NCBI GenBank assembly: GCA_951406725.2
Contig: OX597826.1
Span: forward strand, 18,290,001-18,354,000
DNA: 64,000 nt
DNA from: Octopus vulgaris
Taxonomy: Eukaryota
Reading direction: 5' to 3'
Positions 54,028-64,000 of this stretch are shown here, one piece after another (position 1 is the stretch's first letter; each line of letters starts with the position of its first letter). The translations under genes were made by a program, and so were the position numbers. The notes under the pieces were generated by a model that was not told where the DNA came from, ran no database searches, and saw only the letters and a program-made list of their open reading frames with translations.

Positions 54028-55613
54028 CTGCAAATAAGAGTTAAGAATGACATGATGTGAAAAACAAATACTAGCTTATTATAAAACTTGTGTGTTGTGA
54101 AAACTTGTAATTGTGCCTAGCTAGAGATAATGTAAGAAAATGTGTCTAGCAAAAAAGTAATGTTGTGGGAAATTGTAAGAACAGAGTGGAAAAATATTTT
54201 ATGATAAAAACATTGACAAGTATCATGGCAATAGTGTGGCAGCTGGACCAAGCAAGGAGGTAGTATTCCTGAATATATGAACCAGCAAAAATATAATTGT
54301 AACAACTGCACTAACAACTTTATGATATTAAATAAAATAGTTGCGAGAAGTAAGCAAAGTAACTGTGAAACCGACTGCAGTAACTAATATCTAGACCAGG
54401 CAACTATATTATATTAAAGCAACTAATGACCATAACTGGCTGAGTCACAAAACATTGTGCTACTAATAATCAAAGTTGAAGTAAGTAATGAGATTCTGTT
54501 GAAGTAAACAATGTCTATAAAAGAGATAAGAAACAACTATAATACTGTCTTGTTTCAGTGTAGCCACTACTTCAATCCCAGCATGATTTGTAGTTTCTTA
54601 AGAAAAACATGAAAGGGTGAGAGGGGAAACAATAAAACTAAAACAATAACAAAATCTATTTGAAGACTAAATTTATTGATACTTAAGCTGGCTTACTGTC
54701 TACCTTTGTTCAAATAATAATAATTATCAAGTTTTTTTTACTGCAAAGACATGGTAAAAAACCATTAACTCACTAAAGAAACAAAGTAAGAGGCATCTGG
54801 ATTTCATTTAAAGATGTTTGCTAAATCTTGTATGCTTACTGTCTGTTGAGTGTAATAATCAAAAATTATTATAGGTGCCTAAATTGGTCATTTTAACAGG
54901 CATCAAAAAGACCATGATGTATCACTGCTAATGATTAGTACAAGCAAAAACAGATGAATTTCTTGTATGTGTTGTGTATGTAGGAAATATTGCTTTTTTT
55001 TTCTGAAAATCTTTTTAAAAAAAGTTTGCTGAAGCTAAGTAGAATATTTGTTGACTTTTGAATCTCACAATAAATTCAACAAACCTTACCATAATTGATC
55101 AAAATATCTTAGAAATATCACAAAAGCCGAGAACATTTGTTAAAAAATTGATCTTATTTCACCTAATAAAGAAGTAATAGATTCTTTTCTATTAAGGAGA
55201 ATTAAATTCTCTTCAATCTCTTTCAAAACACAGTTTAATTGGCACAGCACACAAAGTCTCATTTTTTTAGAGCAGTGAAGTTAAGTAATAGGAAAATTGG
55301 ATACTCAGCCAGGTGCTGTTAACATTAACCAAGTGGAGGGAAAATTCTATTAGATGGCAGAAATATAGAAGAACCCCACTATGGACCAAATAATTTACAG
55401 TTACATACCAACTTCTAGTTTGAACCTCTTCCCATCACTAACAGTTACAAGAACTGAGATTTTTTTGTTTGTTTTTTTAACCAAATACTTTTTTTCATAT
55501 CAGGCAATCAACAACAATTTGCAGGTTTTGAAATCGTAGCTTTGAGGTCAATAGTCCAGCACTGTGATAAACTGGTCAAACATAGTTTCATAACAGAGTA
55601 ATAAAATACTTAC

Positions 55614-55739
55614 ATTGACAAGTCTTGCCATCTTCAGATAAAACTTTTCCAAATGTTTCACACAGACACTTGAAAGACCCAATGGTGTTGATACATTTCT
55701 CATCACATCCTCCTTTGTTGTTTTCACACTCATCAACAT
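55614..55739 (-). CDS. Internal exon encoding a calcium-binding EGF domain of a modular extracellular protein (SCUBE/SVEP1/fibrillin-like)
   Basis: Acceptor ttcttcAG and donor GTAAGT; 126 nt, phase 1-1. Translates to DVDECENNKGGCDEKCINTIGSFKCLCETFGKVLSEDGKTCQ, with the cbEGF consensus D-x-D-E-C, C-x-N-T-x-G-S-F-x-C-x-C and 6 Cys. Confidence 0.93.
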
Positions 55740-56303
55740 CTGAAGAATTTCCAAAGAGAATATGGTCTCATGAACAAAAGACAGAATCTGGCACAAAAAA
55801 CAATCATACACACAATGCTGTGTTCAAAATATTTCGTCATTATATTTTATTATTAAAGCTTGTATTATTAACACAAACCAATTTTTGCTTTATTTGTTAT
55901 ATAATATCAACATCTTATCATTTCATACTGGCCTCACTCTTCTACAATATCTCTGTTGTAAATGTAAACCTAATACATAAGCAAGCAATATGTATGAGTT
56001 TTTTAGATACACTGATGACTATGGTTGACTAACATCAACCACACGAAGAAACACAGCAGTTTGCTGATAGACAATTCCATCATCATCATTGTCATTATCA
56101 TCATCATCATCATCATCATCATTTTATATTCATTTTCCCCTTGTTTGCATGGATTGAAAGGGTCTTCTCCAGTAGAGCATCTTGTCTCTATGTGCAGGTC
56201 CTTATCTCCTTCAGGAGGTTCAGCTTTCTCCACTTTTGTTTTTCTTTGCCTTTCACATGGAACACCCTAATACTAATGTGTGAGAGAGAGAGAGAGAGAA
56301 GAG

Positions 56304-56361
<58 letters not shown>

Positions 56362-56734
56362 GGCGAGAAAAAGTATGTGTGTGTGTGAGTGAGAGAGAGA
56401 TTGTGTGTGTGTGCATATGTTTTCTATACCAAAATTATTCCCAGACACCAACTGCATGAAATAAAAAATCTAACAAGAAATAATTATGGTGTGTGTGGGG
56501 GTAGGTTAATGGAACATTATTAGTCAATGACTAATATTATTTTACTTAATGTTGGTAGATTAAAAAAATTCTTTCTACAGCACTTTGTTAATACAAATTA
56601 AATTACCTTTTTCGTGTCAGTAGACTCTAAACAATTTTAGTTTTCTACATTAATAAGTAAATATTCTTTCACATTTACCAAAAGATTCTTATATCACTAC
56701 ATTGACATGTAGTGATACATAATCAACATTGGTC

Positions 56735-57620
56735 TCAAATTTTGGCACAAGGCTAGCAATTTTGGAGGAGCAGGTAAGTCAATTACATTAGTCCCAGTGT
56801 TCAACTGATGCTTATTTTATTGACATCAAAAGGATGAACGGTAAAGTTAACCTTGACAAAATTTGAACACAGAACATAAATGCAGGCAAAATGCCATTCT
56901 GCATTTTTCTCAGTGTGCTAGTGGTTCTTTCAGCTCACCATCTTATGAAAGAATCATAATCAACATTGAAGCATATTCACAGACATCTCATACTTAGCAA
57001 AGTAATTAAAATAATTGATGTCAAGAATTTTATAAATTTTCTAGAGAATGTGAAATAATTCTTTTTTTGGAACAGTGGATCTTGAAGCACACATAAGGGC
57101 CAGCAATTTTGGGAGAGAGGATAAGTTGATTACATTGACTCAAGTATTCAACTGACACTTATTTTATCGACCTTAAAAGGATGAAAGGTAAAGTTGACCT
57201 CGGCAGAATTTGAATTTGGAATGTAAAAACGGATGAAGCATTTTGCCTGGTTCGCTAACAATTCTGTCAATTTGACAGCTTTTATAAAGCATGCAAATTT
57301 TGGGTCGATACCCCTTCCTGTACAAAAAAAGTCAAAGGAAAAACTCACATCTCCTGTCTACATGCTTTTATTTATAGCTTTCCAAAAAAGAATTAGAATA
57401 ATATTCTTTCCTACTCTAGGCACAAGGTCCAAAATTTTAGGGAAGAGGGCCAGTCAATTAGATTGACTCCAGTATGCAACTGGTACTTAATTTATCAACC
57501 CCAAAAGGATAAAAGGTGAAGTCAACCTCATCGGAATTTGAACTCAGAACGTAAAGACAGACAAAATAGTGCTAAGCATTTCATCCGGTGTGCTAACATT
57601 TTTGCCAGCATGCCATCTTA
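56735..57620 (-). mobile_element. Cluster of three Nin-type SINE copies
   Basis: Copies at ~56735-56945, 57095-57270 and 57415-57620, all in the same orientation. Confidence 0.75.
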
Positions 57621-60301
57621 GAATTAGAATAATATTAGTTCATGAATAATAAGTTTTCTTCTCACTACATGATTTCTCAATAGTTATATTTTAGAAATTT
57701 GATGCCTTCTGTCTATGAACCATCATTGGTTGTAGCTCACAGTGAACCACTCACTGGTTCACTACATCTCACAGTTTCTGTCTACCCAATTTTTTCTTAT
57801 ATGAAATTGGTTAAACCAAGACTAAGGTGCCATGCAATAAAATCAAACTCATAACCATACAGTTTATACCATAACCCTCCTATCATCATCATCATCGTCG
57901 TTGTCATTATCATCAGCGCTTAATGTCTGTTTTCCATGCTCACCTGGGTTGGACGGTTTGACAGGAGCTGGCAAGCCAGAAGGCTGCATCAGGCTCCATT
58001 TGTCTGGCATGGTTTCTATAGCTGGCAACCCTTTTTAAAGCCAACCACTTTACAGAGTGTGCTGTGTGCTTTTTATGTAGCACCAGCACAGGTACATTTT
58101 ACGTGGTACCAGCACCTGTGGAGTTATGAAGTAGCTTGCAAACCAAAGATCACTCAGCTAAGGGAAGGAGTGGAACAGAGGGAAGTGGCTGTGTGTCAGA
58201 CAAGAAGCCAGAGTATAGCAGAGGGACAACGATAGTTGTTTTACTATAGAGGAGATACTTGGCTACCGCAGTAGGATAAGGAAAGAGAGGAAGGTGGGAG
58301 AGAGTTAAGGTTAAAGATGGAAAGAAATAGATGGTGTTGGAGATGTATTGGGAACCTACCCACAGGGAACAGTGATAAGTGGTAAGGAGGGGATAGAGAG
58401 GGATGTTCCAAAAGAGTGTGAGGGGAGTTGTTTAGAGATGGGAAAGACATGACTGTAACAAGTGATGATGAGAGAAATTGGAGTGGGTGAGAATGTGGAA
58501 TGGTAGATATGTGAGGGCATGGAGAGTGTGCAGAGAGGTACATGAGGGAGAGTGGAGGATCCTGCAGCAGGTGAGGTGCATGGGGGAGAGTGAAGAGGAG
58601 AGGGATGCAGTGGGTGGAGGTGGATTGGCTGTAGGGAAGTTTTGTCAGTGGTCAGATCATGTATGTGGGGGAGGAGGTTACAGCCATAAAGGACATGCTT
58701 GTATGTATTGGATGGCCACAATTTTACTTAGCTCAAGGTGTCTTCTCAAGCACAGCAAATTGACAGAAGTTTTAGTCCCTTATCATCCTCTATATAAGTA
58801 TATATAGAATATTCATAACAAACAGGAGTAAAAGAACTCAATTCTAGTGGAGGAGTATAATCATATTTATTTGGCTGACATCTTATGTTAATATTCAGTT
58901 TCTTGATTCCTGTTAGATATAAAAGGTTTACCTGTATTAAAAATAAAAACAATTGACACCAGGATTTTGGTTAACATTGGCCATATGAGACACAGAGGTA
59001 GTAATTCACAACTGAATGCATAGGAAAACTCTTGAATCAAAGAGCAAGGAGACCGAAAATTCAAATAGAGTTCAATGTTTTAAAGATAAGTGTGAAGTGC
59101 TTAACTTTATTTTACAGCTTCAATGATTATTTTGAATTTGTGAATGTTTTTAAGATATTTTAGAATATTTCTTTGTGATTTAAATATTTGGAATGAATTT
59201 GAATCACAACAGCTAAAATAATTTCTGCATAAAACATGATGTCAAAGAATTGTTGGTAGATAGAATAAGCAAAGAACACCATTTCATATTAAGTGAACAT
59301 GCATATACCTACAACATATTCAAACACACTTACATGATAAATATACAAATGCATAACAAACTAACTGAATGATTAAATGGATTTCTGAATGATTAAATGA
59401 AATAGGCACCTAATTTAAAAAACGACAATAAGTTGTAGTAAATTAGAAAAGTGCAAAAATATATACAGTCTAAGGTAAATACATTCACACACCTGCCTTT
59501 AAACATAGGTAAACATTCAAGTAGCATATGCACGAATATATTTGGACACTAAAATCCTGTATTATCCAATATATCCATTAATAAGCAGACATATACACAT
59601 GAACTTTGACATACATGTATGTACACACACACACACATACATGCACATGCATACACCTGTACATGTTTATATAAATATCCATACACCCAAACACACAAGC
59701 TCCATTCACACACATGTACGCTGGACATGCACACAGCTATATATATATACACTTACATGTCCATACATTTGTAGATAAATGTGATTCAGCATCTCTCTAC
59801 ATTCTGATGTAATCTCTCTACAAAGAGAGAGATTTAATCCCTCTAGATATAAATCTTAAGATAATGCTTATTTCCTTAACAACTGAAATGTCCACCAGAA
59901 AGTTTAATTAAATGAGGCAGAGCCATCTGAACTTCAACCATTTTGGCACCAAAAATTTTGTATATAGATGTTCATGTAAACTAAGAGGTTACAATATAGA
60001 TCGATGGGCATATTTATGAAAATACTTATATAGCTACCATTTGTCTGGATGCTTGAGGCTACATGTGAATAAACAGATGGACAGACAGGTGGATAGACAA
60101 ACAGACAGATTGATAGTTAGGGATATATATTGCCCTTCTTCACTCACATTTTACACTGATCACCCTCCTGTGTTACCAAATTATTTCTCCTCAACCACTC
60201 TCTTCATGCATTTTGCCTGCTTCCCCATTCACTTTCAAGCAACCTCCCCAGCCGAACATTACCTCACTTTCTTTTGTCCTTCCCCTATCTACTATGTTGT
60301 T

Positions 60302-60372
<71 letters not shown>

Positions 60373-60754
60373 CTTCTACACCATTTTCTGAACTGTCAGT
60401 TATCACCAAATTTTCCCTACTTTCTCCCAACTCACGTATCATTGATCAGCCTTCTGCCATTCACAAATTCCACCTCTCAATTCCACACAATCTCTACAGT
60501 CTTCATCTACTCTTCCAGACCTTCCTTCTTTCTATTTATCCCCAATCACTCTTCACTATCTTCAACCATTTCTCACCTCTAAACAGCCCGCTCCACCCCC
60601 ATACACTCTTACAACCTTTACAGACCCAAAAATGATGATTTCAAAATTTATAAGAAACATGACAAATCATGTAAATACCATTATTTGAATAAATGTACAT
60701 ATATATATTTATATATGTGCGTGTGTGTGTGTTTGTATGTGTATGTGTGTGTGT

Positions 60755-61080
60755 ACTAAATTCAAGTTCAATAGGATATTTAAATACCACTTGCTATAAA
60801 CAGAACCACCAATCCAAAACCACCAATTACTCACAGATGTTACAATGTTATTGCTCAGCTGATGAGCTTCAAGTATGATTTTTCATACAGAAAACAAAAT
60901 CAATTGATCCTGAAATATACACATTCTTTACGTTCTGTATTCCATGCAAGGTAAGCCTGTTTCTGTTATATTTGTTGCATTAGACATGTGTATTTTAATT
61001 GTGAGTAAATTGTGGTTTTGGAGCGATGACTCTGTTCATAGCAAGTGGCATTTAAATATTCTATTGAACTTGAATTTAGT
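60755..61080. repeat. ~325 bp imperfect palindromic element
   Basis: actaaattcaagttcaataggatatttaaataccacttgctat pairs with atagcaagtggcatttaaatattctattgaacttgaatttagt; inner arms ttactcaca / tgtgagtaa. Confidence 0.75.
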
Positions 61081-61189
61081 TTATATTCTACCTGTAAAGG
61101 TGTAAACTTGCTAGCCACTTTATTATCATCATTATTATTATTAAAAACAGTAATAATACTAATTTAATTTAAATTTATATATATATAGG

Positions 61190-62218
61190 AATGGTCACTT
61201 GTTGCTTGAAGACCAACTTCATTCAGAACAACTATCAACCTCCTGAATGAATGAAAACATGAAAATTCATGAACTGATCTTGGAGGACCATCACTGAACA
61301 ATTGATGAACTTGTTGCTGTGATTGTTGTGTCCTGGAGCTCTTCTGAATGAATTTTGAGCGAGGAATTGTGAATGAAAAGATTTGTAGCAAAATTTGTGC
61401 CTCGCTTGCTCATGGAAGATTGAAAGCAGTCACGACTGAATGCATGTCATGAAATGAATGAACAACTGAAAGTTGATCTGGACCTTTTTTCAAAGCTCAT
61501 CACTGGTGATGAAAGCTGGTGCCATGGAATTTGCAAATGTAGAAGAGGTGAAGAAAGAAAATGACAGAAGTGTTAAAAGGCATCACTTTGCAAGAATTCC
61601 AGCTTTGAATAGTGGAAAACATGCCTGGACTGATGCATTGCTTCAAATGGAGAATACTTTGAAGGTGACAAAAGTGTAAATATGTAAAACTAAGAGAATA
61701 AATTTTGTTTTGGGATTTGGTTTGCAAGATTCTTTATGTGAGTTCGTGTGTTGAAGCATATTCTGTTGTGTCTGGGAAGAGTCATTTTCTTCCTTTTCTT
61801 TTTGTACCTTATAATTTAACACATTCACTGGTAAAATTTCCACTTATTTCTTATCTTTATTTTCCTCAAATTTTCATTGCGTCTTGCAACCTTTTCAATA
61901 GTTTTGGCTCTGTCCGTTATTTACACTGCATTCCCTTTTGTTTGTGCGCATGTGTGTGGGTCAGAACACACACACACACATGTGCACAAACAAACAAAAG
62001 GGAACGCAGTGTAAATAACGGACAGAGTCAAAACTATTGAAAAGGTTGCAAGACGCAATGAAAACTTGAGGAAAATAAAAATAAGAAATAAGTGGAAATT
62101 TTACCTGTGAATGTGTTAAATTATAAGGCACAAAAAGAAAATGACTCTTCCCAGACACAACAGAATAAGTGAATAAAATAACATTGCAAAATTCTAGTTT
62201 CGTTTGGGTACCCCCTCA
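61190..62218 (+). mobile_element. Internally deleted mariner (family of 28682-30030) interrupted by a palindromic insertion
   Basis: AKFVPRLL, LITGDESWC and NGEYFEGD; 3' TIR tttgggtaccccctcata. Confidence 0.82.
61759..62167. repeat. Near-perfect ~410 bp palindrome
   Basis: tattctgttgtgtctgggaagagtcattttc... pairs with ...gaaaatgactcttcccagacacaacagaata; centre at the (TG)/(CA) tract near 61960. Confidence 0.92.
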
Positions 62219-62461
62219 TATAGATATATATGTATATCTTTTATTTTTTACTTGATTCAGTCATTAGACTATGGCCATGCCGGGGCACCACCTTGGAGAA
62301 TTTTTAGTGGAATGAATCAACCCCTCTACTTTATCTTTTTTAAAGTCTGATACTTATTCTATCAGTTTCTTTTGCTGAGCTGCTAAGCTACAGCAACATA
62401 AATAAACCAATACTAGTTGTCATGCAGTTGTGGGGACAAACACAAACACACACACACACAT

Positions 62462-62514
<53 letters not shown>

Positions 62515-62518
<4 letters not shown>

Positions 62519-62820
62519 TCACAAATCCTTTCAGGTAAATGGCCTTGCTCAATCTGTAGAAAAGGTGTAAGTAGAAACTCCATAAGATGTACCCAGTGTA
62601 AGCCATAGACACATAAGAGGTGCAGCAATATCAGAGGAAGGTTAATGGGGAAAATAGCCTTTGTGTGTGGAAGATGCACAGGTACAATAAACACAGAAAA
62701 TGTACAGAAAATAGACTCCATCAACTGCCACGGGTGTGAGCTAGGGGTAGTAGATAGCTTCTGTTATCTAGGTGACCAAGTTAGAAGCAGGGGTGGATGG
62801 TTTGAGAGTATGGCTATTCT
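62515..62820 (+). mobile_element. RTE fragment with PHD-like finger, second copy
   Basis: SGKWPCSICRKGVSRNSIRCTQCK..HKRC..VCGRC..VVDSFCYLGD. Confidence 0.85.
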
Positions 62821-62829
62821 CACAGCCAT

Positions 62830-64000
62830 ACTCAGTTCAACATTGTTAACTTTTATCCATCAATTTCAAAAGAGTTATTGATGAAGGCACTTTCCTTTGC
62901 TAAGGGCTTCACAGATATTAGTGATAGTGGTGTTAGAGTTATCATGCATGCCAAGAAGATGATGCTGTTCAGCAAAGATTCAACATTGATGTAGCTATGG
63001 GAGCATATGACATAGCTGGTGTCTGTGATCTTACTGGGCTGTACATGCTGGACATCTTAAGGAAGAGGTTTCCTTCAATCCCCTTCAGTCTCTACAGAGA
63101 TCTCCCTAGCCATCTCTAGAGGAGCCAACAGACACATACCAGATAGACTTAGAAAGAATCTAATTAGTGCCCTAGGCTCAATGGGACTCAAGATCACCAT
63201 TGAGACTAATCTCACCACAGTAGATTTCTTAGATGATAGTTTTGACCTGGGCTCTGGTACATACAGGCCCTATCACAAGCCAAACGAGAGACTGCATTAT
63301 ATTAGCACAGTCTTCTGCCACCCCCTATAGTTTTCAAGAACCTAGTGAAGGTGTAAGCAAGAGGATCTCGAATCTGTTCTGTAGCCAAGATATCTTCAAC
63401 ACCGCTACCCCCTGCAACAATGAGGTACTGGCATCGAGTGGGTTTAAGGACTGCATCTCCTACATGCCAGGCTCTAACACCCAGAAAAATAAGAGCTGCA
63501 GAAATATTGTTTGGTTTGCTCCCCACTTCTCCCAGACTTGTGTGGGGAGGATTTTCCTTTGATTACTAGATAAACATTTCACACACACACAGATACATGC
63601 AATTATTTAACAGGCACAACCCAAGAGTCTCCTGTAACTGTGCACCTAACATAAAATGCATTTTAACAAGTGCCCACAATACAAAGGAGGAGGCAGGTTG
63701 TTCTTACAGAGTATATAGTAACTGTCCAGTAGGATGTCGATGCGAAGCTGAAGGAGTCATCTATGAAGCTACGGTGACACCTAGATCTGTTATCTGTATT
63801 ACCAGCAATGTACCATCCAACAGCAATATTAGCAGCTTAACCAGATCTCACACCAGTACAATCGCCACAGCCAGAGATGATGACCAGTCTGGGACCAGCA
63901 TCATAGAGGACGTAACCAATGACCCCAGTACCACTGCCACAGATGATGAACAAACCAATATTACAGACACAGACAGAGTGACTAGCCCCATACCATATGT
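62830..64000 (+). mobile_element. Penelope-like element RT plus start of GIY-YIG, running off the window
   Basis: NIVNFYPSISKELLMKAL, DVAMGAYD..VCDLTGLYML, SLYRD, VDFLD, RNIVWFAPHFS and CPVGCRCEAEGVIYEA. Confidence 0.9.

Noticed and set aside
60891-60950. Plus-strand 60-nt AG...GTAAGC exon-like segment
   Set aside because: It lies in the centre of a palindromic repeat and has no partner exons or homology.

Overview
Eukaryotic, AT-rich, repeat-saturated DNA that is mostly intronic or intergenic. The SINE families, (TA)n/(CA)n/(TACA)n microsatellites and RTE tails suggest a coleoid cephalopod, probably Octopus (inference). Only two host coding exons are well supported. Both are on the minus strand and phase 1-1: a Ca-binding EGF exon (55614-55739) and a Cys-rich ephrin-receptor-like/EGF-like exon (53869-54027), from a SCUBE/SVEP1/fibrillin-type extracellular protein. 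The rest is decayed mobile DNA: CR1/L2, RTE, Tx1/L1, R4/Dong and Penelope-like retroelements, Tc1/mariner and maT transposons, a hAT MITE and tRNA/Nin-type SINEs. Most ORFs in the supplied track are microsatellite read-throughs. The strongest hidden signal is a set of type I hammerhead-ribozyme motifs, one with an apparently intact core at 50699-50782. They sit in Penelope 3' ends and in long palindromic, microsatellite-associated non-coding elements, and several have non-canonical cores. Boundaries of decayed repeats are approximate; no computation or database search was run.
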